Origin: Desulfobacterales bacterium
GTDB lineage: Bacteria; Desulfobacterota; Desulfobacteria; Desulfobacterales; SpSt-501
Assembly (NCBI GenBank): GCA_030834695.1
Contig: JAUQXK010000089.1
Span: 192,174-256,173, forward strand
Direction of reading: 5' to 3'
DNA length: 64,000 nt
Positions 1 through 9,308 of the stretch are shown piece after piece. Both the position numbers and the translations under genes were made by a program. Every line of letters begins with the position of its first letter. Position 1 is the first letter of the stretch. The notes below the pieces were generated by a model. The model saw only the letters and a program-made list of their open reading frames with translations, searched no databases and was not told where the DNA came from.

Positions 1-3000
1 GCCGGCGCGCTTTCGGACGGCGCTTCCATGGCCGTCGGCAGCATGGCCGGCGGTGCGGCTTGGCCGTTCAGGCTGACGGCTTCACCGCCGCGCAAATTGA
101 TTTCAAAATACCCCGGGCTGAACAGGTCGCTGTGCGGGTCCTGTCCGCGTTCGGCGTCCTGGAGGTGATGGACCATGTAGCACCACTCCGCATCCGGTAC
201 GAACCGTCCGCTGCCGGCCACCACGCTCAGCCGATGCTGTGCATCGGGGCAGAAGACAAATCCATGGGGCGCCGGATGGACCGCGGCGCGGAATTGATGT
301 TCGGGGCCGCTGAATGCTTTGGTGGTGTCATGGAAGCTTCGGCTTTCGATGTCCGGCCGCAGGATCAGCCGTACGGGGGTTGCATCCGCCAGCCGGGCGG
401 GATCGTCGACGGCGCGGTGGCGGGTGAAGACCATGCGCACTGCGTTTTGACCGGCAGCCAGTTGAATCTCCACCGTCAGCTGCACATGCTGTCCCTGCCC
501 ACAGGGGATCTTGTAGCGCCACACGGCGGAGTTGCCTTCCCCCAGGGTAAAGGCCTGCAGGCAGTCGAGGTTGATATCCTGTGAAAAGCCCTGGTAAACC
601 AGCCAGGCCCGGCAGCGCGTGAACATGACCCAGCGGTCCTCCGGGACCTCCGGGTTGAAGTTGGCTGCCAGCAAGGCATCGTAGCGGCTGGCCAGCCCGT
701 TCCAGGCCACCGGCGTGCGGAGCATGGCGCCGCGGCCGTTGGTGGACAGAAAACGCATCGGTTCTTTCAGGAATTCGGAACGGCCGAAAATCCGCCGCAC
801 GTAGGCATCCTCTGCGCGCGGCAGCTGGAGCAAGGCTGTCAGGGTATGTTGGGGGCCGGTTGGCGTGTGCACAGCCAGTTTCAGCGACAACGGACGCAGA
901 TGCTTCGGTGATCGTCGTGGAAGAAACAGGCAAAACTGGGTGCCGTCGCTTCCGGGCAGGCTGTTTTCGACCGCTAAGGTGAGGTCCTTTTCCAGCAGGC
1001 ACGCCCGGAATCCGTGCGCGGAGGTGACCATTAAGAAATGGCCGGGGGGAATCATGACCGTCCTCCGCAGGTCGTGCGGCCACCGCCACCGGACGACGCT
1101 GCTTTCCGGGCCCAGCCGGTTGAGTTCGGCGCAGAACGCAGCGGCGTCTTCACGCAGCAGCTCGGCGGAGCGGTGCACATCGATCTGGTCGAGGTCCTGC
1201 GAGCCGCGGTAATAGGTCATGACCTGGAGCGCTTTCGCCTGCAGCCGCTGAAGCTCAATCCGCGGCGGTACGTTAAAGGGGTCGGAAGGCAACGCGGCCA
1301 ACAGGCCCAGGTCGTGCGGATCCGGGCTCAGGCACATTACCTGGCCGGGCTCCAGGGGGCAGGTGCAAAGGCCGTTACGCTCGACCACCGCCACCGTTTT
1401 GCCGGTGAGCAGGTCGGTGAGCCGATCCTGCCGGAAGCCGGCCGCCTCCGGGTTCCAGGCGGCCGTCGTTGGCTGTTCAGGATCGAGGTTGACGGGAACG
1501 ATCAAGCGTTTGCCTGAGGGCAGGTGATGGCGTTGGATCACGATCTGGTTGCCGGCACCCTGTTCGATGAGCCTCACATCGCTGCGGTCATGGAACGCGG
1601 GGTGGTATTTGAGCAGCTGCGACAGGCGGCGGATTTCGGCCACCTGGTTGGTCGCAGCCCCCCAGTTCAGCGGCCGGGCATCATGCACATTGATTTTATC
1701 GGTGGCCAGCCATTCGACACCGTTGGCAAACCCGAAAGCACCCGAATGCGAGGCGAGCGCGCACAAGGCCGTGCGCATCCGCGCGTAGACTGCGGACTTG
1801 GAAGCCAGCCGGAGGTTGTCGTGGGTCTCGGCAAAATGCACCGTGATGCCGTCGCTCCCGGCCATGTCGATCGCCTCCGGCAGGTAGCGTTCAATTTGAC
1901 CGCGGTCGTAGTTTTGAAACAGCTCCGAATAGGCCCAGTTCAAATTGGCGGTGTCGAGCAGCTGGCGGGTGACCGAGATTTTGCCGCCCAACCCCTCCAG
2001 CAGAAAGGTCGTGTCCGGAAACTGCTCCCGCACCCGGGCGACTATGTATTTCCAGGCTGCGTGCGGAACCATGTAGCCCGCGTCGCAGCGAAAGCCGTCC
2101 ACCCCGCGGCGGCACCAGGTGAGAAAAACCTCCGCCATGAACTGCCAGAGCCCCTCGTGGCGGTAGTCGAGCTTGGTGAGATCCTCCCACTGAACCCCCC
2201 AGGCGCCCGGCACCTCGATGCGTCCCTCGGGCGTGCGGGCGAGCCACTCGGGGTGGTTCATATGCAGGTTGGCGGCCCAGCCGGTGTGATTGATGGCGAT
2301 GTCCAGAAAAATCCGAGCGTTGCGCCGGTGCACGGCGTCCACGAGCTCGATGAACTGCTCCATCGGGGTGGCCTTGGGGTCGAAGACGGCGAGAGCCGGG
2401 TCGACTCCGCGGAAACTGAGGGCGGCATAAGGGCTGCCGAAGCGTCCCATCCGACCGTAGGTGGTGGGAGTGGGATGGATCGGCAGCAGCATAAGGATGC
2501 GGCAACCGAGCTCGCCGACGATGAAGTCCAGCTCGGCGGCGAGGTCGCGAAAGGTTCCTGAAGGCGGAATCACGGTATAACAAGCGGTGTCGAGCACCTG
2601 CAGGCACGCTTCGCCGGGCGGCGGCAGAGGCTTAATCCCGGCCTTGTTCGGCCCGAACTGACGCACGAAGGCGTTGTAGATGGTGTTGGCGCAGCAGGAC
2701 TCGGCCGGCTCCACGTTCAATGCCGTGTTGGTGCCGGGCGGCCAGAGGGGGGAGGATTCGCCCTGTCTCAGGAAGAAGCACTTGGCTTCAAAATGGCCGA
2801 CTTCACACAAGGCCAGTCTGGCCTCAAAGCGGTCTTCGGCGACCTGACGCATGGGAGTGTCGAACCAGTCGCGCCCCAGAGGGGTTTCATGAAAATGGAC
2901 GCTGCGGATGATTTCGGTGCGGGTGGTGCCGGCATGGCCGATATTGGTGCGGATCCATGCCGAACCGTTCAATCCGCTCTGCACGGTCAGGGTGAAGCGG

Positions 3001-3077
3001 ATGCTGTCCCCGCAGAAATAAACCGCCCTGCTGCCGGGCGCCGGCTCCTGGATGAGTGCGTCGGAATGCTGCATCAT
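1..3077 (-). CDS. GH13 (alpha-amylase family) catalytic domain fused to a glycogen-debranching-enzyme-like C-terminal region; C-terminus lies beyond window start
   Basis: Hand translation of the minus strand from ATG at 3077 (GGAG about 7 nt upstream) stays open to position 1 (>1025 aa). It is absent from the ORF track because no stop lies in the window. GH13 signatures: LDIAINHTGW, GFRCDAGY, LLEGLGG, FAETHDN. Later FLSTNGRGAM...SRYDALLAA resembles the GDE N-domain. Confidence 0.8.
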   Translation of the reverse strand, partial: MMQHSDALIQEPAPGSRAVYFCGDSIRFTLTVQSGLNGSAWIRTNIGHAGTTRTEIIRSVHFHETPLGRDWFDTPMRQVAEDRFEARLALCEVGHFEAKCFFLRQGESSPLWPPGTNTALNVEPAESCCANTIYNAFVRQFGPNKAGIKPLPPPGEACLQVLDTACYTVIPPSGTFRDLAAELDFIVGELGCRILMLLPIHPTPTTYGRMGRFGSPYAALSFRGVDPALAVFDPKATPMEQFIELVDAVHRRNARIFLDIAINHTGWAANLHMNHPEWLARTPEGRIEVPGAWGVQWEDLTKLDYRHEGLWQFMAEVFLTWCRRGVDGFRCDAGYMVPHAAWKYIVARVREQFPDTTFLLEGLGGKISVTRQLLDTANLNWAYSELFQNYDRGQIERYLPEAIDMAGSDGITVHFAETHDNLRLASKSAVYARMRTALCALASHSGAFGFANGVEWLATDKINVHDARPLNWGAATNQVAEIRRLSQLLKYHPAFHDRSDVRLIEQGAGNQIVIQRHHLPSGKRLIVPVNLDPEQPTTAAWNPEAAGFRQDRLTDLLTGKTVAVVERNGLCTCPLEPGQVMCLSPDPHDLGLLAALPSDPFNVPPRIELQRLQAKALQVMTYYRGSQDLDQIDVHRSAELLREDAAAFCAELNRLGPESSVVRWRWPHDLRRTVMIPPGHFLMVTSAHGFRACLLEKDLTLAVENSLPGSDGTQFCLFLPRRSPKHLRPLSLKLAVHTPTGPQHTLTALLQLPRAEDAYVRRIFGRSEFLKEPMRFLSTNGRGAMLRTPVAWNGLASRYDALLAANFNPEVPEDRWVMFTRCRAWLVYQGFSQDINLDCLQAFTLGEGNSAVWRYKIPCGQGQHVQLTVEIQLAAGQNAVRMVFTRHRAVDDPARLADATPVRLILRPDIESRSFHDTTKAFSGPEHQFRAAVHPAPHGFVFCPDAQHRLSVVAGSGRFVPDAEWCYMVHHLQDAERGQDPHSDLFSPGYFEINLRGGEAVSLNGQAAPPAMLPTAMEAPSESAP

Positions 3078-3318
3078 GATCTCCGATCGGTTGAACCTGA
3101 ACGTCCAAAAATCTCTGCGGACTTGGCCTGAACAGCAGATAATTATTCAGTCTAGATTAGATTAGCTTAAAAATCTAATGGAAAAAAGCGCTAAGAGGGG
3201 GATTTTCTCTTGCAAAATCAAAAAAGGACGCTAAGCTGAAAAAAGGATATGCGGTTTAAAACTGCGCCCAGCGGCAGCCGGAGAGGCGCTCCGTGCGCTG
3301 GAGGGCAGGAGGAATCCA

Positions 3319-3756
3319 TTGGTTCGAAAATGCTGCTTGGTTTTGGGAGTCTGGTGGTTGTTGTCGTTCAGCGGGGCTTGGACGGCTCAGGCTCAGGCCC
3401 CGCCGCGGGGCGGAGCGAACTCCGGCGCTTCCAAGCTGGCGCTGGTGCAGGCGCTGGTCTGCGAGGACGTGAAGGAAGGGATTCCTTCCAATCCGGCCAT
3501 CGCCTTTTCCATCTCCGCCGGCAAGATCTATTGCTATACCCTGTTCGACCAGATCACGGAGGACACCGTCGTTTATCACCACTGGTTCTTTCGAGACAAG
3601 CCCAGCGCCCGGATTCGGCTTTCCGTCAAGCATCCGCGCTGGAGCACGTTCAGCAGTATTCAGCTGCGGGAGGCCGACAAGGGCCCCTGGCGGGTGGAAA
3701 TCATCGATGCCGGCGGCCGCCTTTTAAAAAATCTGCGTTTCAGCGTGACGGATTAG
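3319..3756 (+). CDS. small secreted protein, DUF2914-like
   Basis: TTG start with GGAGG 7 nt upstream. Hydrophobic signal-like N-terminus ends in AWTAQA. Beta-rich C-terminal module (VVYHHWFF...WRVEIID) matches my recollection of DUF2914. Stop lies 6 nt before cdaA. Confidence 0.6.
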   Translation: MVRKCCLVLGVWWLLSFSGAWTAQAQAPPRGGANSGASKLALVQALVCEDVKEGIPSNPAIAFSISAGKIYCYTLFDQITEDTVVYHHWFFRDKPSARIRLSVKHPRWSTFSSIQLREADKGPWRVEIIDAGGRLLKNLRFSVTD

Positions 3757-3762
3757 TTTTTA

Positions 3763-5199
3763 ATGGAAAAAGTGCTCCAATTCTTATCGGGTATCCGCTG
3801 GCAGGATGTGGTCGACATCGGGTTGAACAGCTACATCCTGTTCCGCTTTTACGTTCTGTTCCGTGGCACGTATGTCTTCCGTGTCTTGATCGGCCTGACC
3901 ATGCTGTGGTTCTTCCAGCAGATGGCCTCCTACATGGGCCTGATCGTCACGAGCTGGGTGGTGCAGGGCATCGTGGCTGTGGCGGCCCTGATCATCGTCG
4001 TGGTCTTCCGGAATGAAATCCGCAGCGTACTCCAGGCTAGAAATTTCAGGACCATTCTCTGGGGGTTTACCTCCAAGACCCGCATCGCTCCCATCGACAT
4101 CATCGCCGAATGCGCTTTCGAGCTGGCCCGCCGCCGACACGGCGCCCTGATCGTCATGCCCGGGGATGAGGACATCCAGGAGTTGATCCAGAGCGGCATC
4201 GCCTGGAATGGGGATATCTCCCGAGAGATGATCCTGAGCATTTTCTATCCGGACAACCCTGTTCATGACGGGGCAGCGCTCATCGAAGGCGATCGCGTCG
4301 CGCGGGCGGGGGTCATCCTGCCCCTGTCGCGGCGGGAGGACCTGCCGTCTTACCTGGGCACACGGCACCGGGCCGCGCTCGGTCTCGCAGAAGCCACCGA
4401 TTCCCTGGTGATTGTCGTCTCCGAGCAAAGGGGCGAGGTAAGTGTGGCCAAGGGGGTGCGGTTGCAGACCATCGGCAGTCCGCGGCAGCTGGCCGAAGAA
4501 CTCGAGGAGCATTTCGGGATTGCCGACGAACAGAGCCTGCCTGCGAAGAAAGAGCGCGTGGAGGTCACCACCGCGGCGCTGGTGTCCCTGCTGTTCATCA
4601 CCGGATTCTGGTTCAGCATCTCGCGCGGTCTGGAAACGCTGGTCACCTTCGATGTCCCCATCGAATACCAGAACCGCAATCCCAACATGGAAATCGTGCA
4701 TGCCTCGGTGAACGCCGTCCGCCTGAACTTGAGCGGGTCGGGAACGCTGGTCAAGTCCACCCGGTCGGACCAGGTGCGGGTGCGGCTGGACCTCAGCACG
4801 GCGGCCGTCGGCCAGAACGACTTTGCGATCACCGCCAGCAACATTAGCCTTCCGCCCGGCCTGGTGCTCAAGAATGTCAATCCTCAGAGCATCGTCGTGG
4901 ATCTGGACGTCACAGTGCGGAAAGATCTGCCCGTACAGGTCGACTGGGCCGGGCGGCTTTCGGAAAACCTGATTCTGGCCGAAGCCACGGTGGACCCCTC
5001 GCGGGTGGAGATCGCCGGCGGCAAGCGTATCCTCGAAAACCTCCAGACCATTTACACCGAAAAAGTCCCTCTGGACCGGCTTCGAGAGGGCGTGGGCGTG
5101 ATCGAAGTGCAGCTCGCCATCCAGCCGGCCTCCCTCAAGGTCGCCTCGGGATCGAACGAAAAAGTCGCCGTCAAGTATCTCACCCGCAGAAGGGATTAG
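3763..5199 (+). CDS. cdaA: diadenylate cyclase CdaA fused to YbbR-like (CdaR-type) repeats
   Basis: N-terminal TM helices, then a DAC domain with PVHDGAALI (DGA) and GTRHRAALG (RHR) motifs. A further TM segment is followed by two YbbR-like repeats (VTFDVPIEYQN..., LPVQVDWAG...). Confidence 0.85.
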   Translation: MEKVLQFLSGIRWQDVVDIGLNSYILFRFYVLFRGTYVFRVLIGLTMLWFFQQMASYMGLIVTSWVVQGIVAVAALIIVVVFRNEIRSVLQARNFRTILWGFTSKTRIAPIDIIAECAFELARRRHGALIVMPGDEDIQELIQSGIAWNGDISREMILSIFYPDNPVHDGAALIEGDRVARAGVILPLSRREDLPSYLGTRHRAALGLAEATDSLVIVVSEQRGEVSVAKGVRLQTIGSPRQLAEELEEHFGIADEQSLPAKKERVEVTTAALVSLLFITGFWFSISRGLETLVTFDVPIEYQNRNPNMEIVHASVNAVRLNLSGSGTLVKSTRSDQVRVRLDLSTAAVGQNDFAITASNISLPPGLVLKNVNPQSIVVDLDVTVRKDLPVQVDWAGRLSENLILAEATVDPSRVEIAGGKRILENLQTIYTEKVPLDRLREGVGVIEVQLAIQPASLKVASGSNEKVAVKYLTRRRD

Positions 5200-5479
5200 G
5201 ACGTCAACCATTCCGTTTTAACATTCCATTTTCTGTAAGTTATACCGCCAGCACGTGCAATTTGAGCTGAGGTCAGCCGGGGCGGGTTTTCGGCCGCAGC
5301 GCGCCGCAACCATATGGATCTTCGCTGTTGACAACAACCGCTGAAGGTGATGTTACTGGCTCGGCTGTGGCTGGAGGCGAAGTGGCGTTCCCGATTTGAA
5401 GCAGCCGGTCGGCCGGGGCACTATGATCCCCCGGGGCAACCGCTGCCCTCCCCAAGCGGGCTCTTATCCCTAAACCATC

Positions 5480-6616
5480 ATGGAGACCGAACAAGTGCAC
5501 AACTCATTCAAACCGATAGATAGAGTATTGATGGGACCCGGTCCCGCGAATGTTCATCCCCAAGTTTTAGATGCGTTATCGAAACCCACCCTGGGGCATC
5601 TCGATCCACAGTTCATCGAATTGATGGACGAGATAAAATCACTCCTCAAGTATACATTTAAGACCGAAAGCGAACATACATTTGTTTTATCCGGTCCGGG
5701 ATCGTTGGGCATGGAAGCGTGCCTAGTTAATCTGGTAGAGCCGGGTTCAAAGGTTATTGTTTGCGTTGCCGGGTATTTTGCTAACCGGATGACACAAATT
5801 GTTTCTAAACTTGGTGGACACGTTGTGGTTGTAAAAGATGATTGGGGCAGAGCGGTCGATCCTCAAAAATTGGAGAGCGCTCTGAAAAATAATCCCGATA
5901 CAAAAGTGGTTGCGTTCGTTCATGCTGAAACATCTACCGGCGCTTTATCAAATATAAAGCTGCTTTCAGAAATCGCGCATAAATCGGGTGCGCTATCTAT
6001 TGCAGATGTTGTTACATCGCTCGGCGCTGTAGATGTTTATGTTGATGACTGGCAGCTGGATGCGGTGTACTCATGTTCTCAAAAAGGTTTGGCATGTGTC
6101 GCTGGAATGTCTCCAGTCAGTTTTAGCGAACGCGCGGTTCACTTTGTTAAAAATAGAAAGACGCAGGTCCAAAGCTGGTTTAATGATCTAATTCTTCTTG
6201 GAAGTTATTGGAATGGCCCGGGCAAACGAGCGTATCATCATACCGCACCAAGCAATCATTATTATGGGTTGCATGAAGCGCTCATGATTTTAAAGGATGA
6301 GGGAATTGAAAACGCTTGGAAGCGTCACAGAGAAAACAGCACGCGGCTGATCTCAAAATTAAAATCACAGCTGGGACTGGAACCAATTGTTCCTGACGGT
6401 GAAAGAATTCCGCACCTGCTGGCGATTAAAGTTCCGGAAGGTATTGATGAAGCAAAGGTGAGAAGCGAGTTGTTAGCCAAACATAATTTGGAAATCGGTG
6501 CCGGTTTAGGTGAACTTGCCGGAAAAGTTTGGCGAATCGGATTGATGGGTTACAACTCAAATGAAAAGTTGGTTGATTTTTGTGTGAATTCGCTGAAGGA
6601 TGTATTAAAAAAATAA
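5480..6616 (+). CDS. class V aminotransferase (alanine-glyoxylate / serine-pyruvate aminotransferase type)
   Basis: MGPGPANV start of fold, SGPGSLGMEA, PLP-lysine context YSCSQKGL, WRIGLMGYNS C-terminal motif. Composition is clearly AT-richer than neighbouring genes. Confidence 0.85.
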   Translation: METEQVHNSFKPIDRVLMGPGPANVHPQVLDALSKPTLGHLDPQFIELMDEIKSLLKYTFKTESEHTFVLSGPGSLGMEACLVNLVEPGSKVIVCVAGYFANRMTQIVSKLGGHVVVVKDDWGRAVDPQKLESALKNNPDTKVVAFVHAETSTGALSNIKLLSEIAHKSGALSIADVVTSLGAVDVYVDDWQLDAVYSCSQKGLACVAGMSPVSFSERAVHFVKNRKTQVQSWFNDLILLGSYWNGPGKRAYHHTAPSNHYYGLHEALMILKDEGIENAWKRHRENSTRLISKLKSQLGLEPIVPDGERIPHLLAIKVPEGIDEAKVRSELLAKHNLEIGAGLGELAGKVWRIGLMGYNSNEKLVDFCVNSLKDVLKK

Positions 6617-6680
6617 TTTAGAACGTTGATTGAACGAAGTTATCGGTCGAGAGACCCCCAAAAACCATCCTATTCCTCTC

Positions 6681-8096
6681 TTAAAGCACCAGGTCCCGAT
6701 CGACCACCGTTCCGGCCCTGATGACGGCCGGCTGGCTGCTGCAGTTGCTGATGGTGACCGTACCGCGGATCACCACGTCTTGCTCGAAGCGCACGTCGCC
6801 GTTGATGGTGAGGGCATCGCAGTCCTTGAGTGAGGGCGTGCCCGCCTGAAAGCGCTCTTCCAGCAGGTCGAACTTGCCGTAATACTTGGAATCGAGCTTG
6901 ATCTTGATGGCCTCGCTCCGGCCGGTTGCTTTGCGCGCGGGATTGAGCTTCAACCCCTCGCGTTCGGAATAGACGAAGCAGTCCGAGCGCACGGCCAGCA
7001 GATCGTTGCAGGTCTTGACCGGAAGGAAGCGCGAGCGCGGAACGTTGACCGCGGCTGCGCCCTCGAAGAGGGAGATCCCCGACCCCATGGCGGTTTCGAT
7101 CTGGTAGACGGGCGGGCTTTTATCGTCGCGCGGGTCGAGCGTCTTGGGGTTCACGATCATCGGCAGATCGATGATGCGGTGCTTGACGATCAGGTCCTTT
7201 AAAAACTCCAGATTGACCCAAATGTTGTTGGTGTTGAAGAAGCGGTAGCGCTGGATGTCCTGGAAGGCGGCAATCTCCTCCTTGGGGCACTGGGCCGCTT
7301 CACGCAGAATGAGGCGGCCGTTGCGATGGCGGGCGATATGTCCGCCCTTGATGTCGGATGGGGTTTTCTCGGCGACCTCCATCATGAAAGGCAGCCGCTT
7401 TTCAGCGAAATAGCCGAGCAGAGCTTCGTCGATCCCGGCTCCCAGGTTGTCCGAGTTGCAGATAAAGCCGTAGCGGACCCTCTCGTCCAGAAGTTTCTGA
7501 AGCATCCCGGAGGCATAGAGCGCAGCGTAAACATCCCCGTGGCCGGGGGGATTCCATTCCAGTTCGCGATTGCGCTGCCAGCTGGCTGGGGCCAGCTCCA
7601 CCTGCAGGATCTTGGGAAATTTATGCTGCAGAAAGCAGAGCGGCGGTTGGGGCGGGTTGAGTTTCGTAATTTCCGAAAGCGTCGACGTGTGGGTGTTGAA
7701 GCTGTTCATCAGTGCGATGCGCACCGAAGCGAGCTCGGCCTGGCGCAGGATGATCTGCAAAAACGAAAGCCCCGGCTTTACTTTCAGCAGCGATTTGGGC
7801 CCGACCAGCCCCATGGACGTGCCCAAACCGCCGTTCAGCACGATGCGAACGGCCTGGCTCAGCGCCCGGTGCCCGCCGTCCGCGTAACCGGCCAACTCGG
7901 AGGCCTTGGGGATTTCTCCGAGCTGGATCGGAAGGATGTCCGCATCGTGAATCAGCCCGCTCTCGCCGCCCACCAGCCGGCGGTAGTAATGCGCGAACGT
8001 GTCGATGACCAGCGGCTTCAAGCCCGCCTGGGCCATCTTGGCGGCGAACTCCGCCAGGTGGGGAATCATCCGCGGCTGCGCCATCGGCTGCCTCAT
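6681..8096 (-). CDS. UTP--glucose-1-phosphate uridylyltransferase, UDPGP (eukaryote-type) family
   Basis: LNGGLGTSMG nucleotide-binding loop, NPPGHGDVY, NSDNLGA, FNTNNIWVNL and a C-terminal beta-helix-like tail. All are typical of PF01704-type UGPase and not GalU. Confidence 0.85.
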   Translation of the reverse strand: MRQPMAQPRMIPHLAEFAAKMAQAGLKPLVIDTFAHYYRRLVGGESGLIHDADILPIQLGEIPKASELAGYADGGHRALSQAVRIVLNGGLGTSMGLVGPKSLLKVKPGLSFLQIILRQAELASVRIALMNSFNTHTSTLSEITKLNPPQPPLCFLQHKFPKILQVELAPASWQRNRELEWNPPGHGDVYAALYASGMLQKLLDERVRYGFICNSDNLGAGIDEALLGYFAEKRLPFMMEVAEKTPSDIKGGHIARHRNGRLILREAAQCPKEEIAAFQDIQRYRFFNTNNIWVNLEFLKDLIVKHRIIDLPMIVNPKTLDPRDDKSPPVYQIETAMGSGISLFEGAAAVNVPRSRFLPVKTCNDLLAVRSDCFVYSEREGLKLNPARKATGRSEAIKIKLDSKYYGKFDLLEERFQAGTPSLKDCDALTINGDVRFEQDVVIRGTVTISNCSSQPAVIRAGTVVDRDLVL

Positions 8097-8114
8097 CCTG
8101 AAAGTTCCTCCGTA

Positions 8115-9179
8115 TCAGGCGATCGGGACGACCCAGCCCTTGGGATCTGCGGCGCGGCCGTACTGGATGTCGGTGATGGCCGTGTAAAAACGCTGGGCCA
8201 GGGGGCCGACCCTGCCGTCGCCGACGGTTACCAGCCGATCTGCATACTTGATCTGGCCGACCGGCGAGATCACCGCGGCGGTGCCCGATCCGAATACCTC
8301 CTGAAGCTTTGCGGTTTCCTGCGCCTTCAGCACCTCATCGATGCTGATGCGCCGCTCGGACACCTTCAGACCCCACATGCGCCCGAGCTGCAGGACCGTG
8401 TCCCGGGTGATGCCGGGCAGGATGCTGCCCTGAAGGGCCGGGGTAATGACCTCGCCGTCGATGACGAAGAAAATGTTCATGGCGCCCACTTCTTCGATGT
8501 ACTTGCGCTCAACGCCGTCCAGCCACAGCACCTGAGTGAAACCGGCATCGTGGGCTTTCTGCCCGGCCAAAAGGCTGGCGGCGTAGTTGCCGAGGGTCTT
8601 GGCCTCGCCCGTGCCGCCCGGAACGGCGCGGACGTGGTCTTTTTCGACCAGGATCTTCACCGGGTTGAAGCCTTCGGGGTAGTAGGCACCGACCGGACAG
8701 AGAATGATGAAGAACCGGTAGGTGTGCGAGGCGCGCACGCCGAGGAACGGGTCGGAGGCGAAGATGGTGGGCCGGATGTAAAGGGAGGTCTCGGGCGCCC
8801 GCGGCACCCAATCCTGTTCGATTTTGAGAAGTTCCTTCAACCCCTCCAGGGCGAGGTTTTCGTCCAACCGCGGGATGCACAGAATTTCGTTGCTGCGGTT
8901 CAGGCGCCGGAAGTTGTCCAGAGGCCGGAAGAGCTGGATGCGGCCGGAGGTCGTGCGGTAGGCCTTGAGCCCCTCGAAAACCCCCTGGCCGTAGTGCAGA
9001 ACCATGGTGGCCGGATCCATGGCGATCGACGCGTAGGGCTCGATCCGCAGATGGTGCCAGCCCTGGTCGGGGGCGTAATCCATGTTGAACATGTGATCGG
9101 TGAATTTCGTGCCGAAGCCGAGTTGGGTTTCGTCCGGCTTGGGCTTGAGCTGCTTGGCCTTCGTAATCGACAACTTCAT
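8115..9179 (-). CDS. ilvE: branched-chain amino acid aminotransferase (class IV)
   Basis: Start chosen at ATG 9179 (MKLSITK, GGAGG upstream). FTDHMF, LHYGQGVFEGLKAY, GTGEAKTLGNYAAS, GITRDTV motifs. Confidence 0.9.
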   Translation of the reverse strand: MKLSITKAKQLKPKPDETQLGFGTKFTDHMFNMDYAPDQGWHHLRIEPYASIAMDPATMVLHYGQGVFEGLKAYRTTSGRIQLFRPLDNFRRLNRSNEILCIPRLDENLALEGLKELLKIEQDWVPRAPETSLYIRPTIFASDPFLGVRASHTYRFFIILCPVGAYYPEGFNPVKILVEKDHVRAVPGGTGEAKTLGNYAASLLAGQKAHDAGFTQVLWLDGVERKYIEEVGAMNIFFVIDGEVITPALQGSILPGITRDTVLQLGRMWGLKVSERRISIDEVLKAQETAKLQEVFGSGTAAVISPVGQIKYADRLVTVGDGRVGPLAQRFYTAITDIQYGRAADPKGWVVPIA

Positions 9180-9308
9180 TTCGGTCCCCTCCTTCAGAAA
9201 ACAAACGAATGATGTCAGCGCTGCCGGCAAAAAAAGAGTAAAATTTACGATATAGTAGATCTATTGCTGAAATCAAGACGAAAGTGGCTTCGTTGACTTG
9301 GCCGGCCG

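Noticed and set aside
1524-2561. 345-aa plus-strand ORF and neighbouring ORFs (60-584, 328-1089, 1891-2607) over the first 3 kb
   Set aside because: Low-complexity Arg/Gly/Pro/His-rich translations are typical of antisense or off-frame ORFs in high-GC DNA. The minus strand carries one continuous GH13/GDE reading frame with clear motifs.
5290-5479. Possible glycine riboswitch upstream of the aminotransferase (CTGGAGGCG..., CCGGGGCAAC, CCGCT...AGCGG)
   Set aside because: Only loose resemblance to the GGAGAG / CACCGAAGGGGCAA / CUCAGGCAAAAGGAC cores. I could not build the P1-P3 architecture by hand. It needs an Infernal scan (RF00504) before any claim.
7326-9212. 628-aa plus-strand ORF
   Set aside because: It runs antisense across two well-supported minus-strand genes (UGPase and ilvE). 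It has no motifs and shadow-ORF composition.
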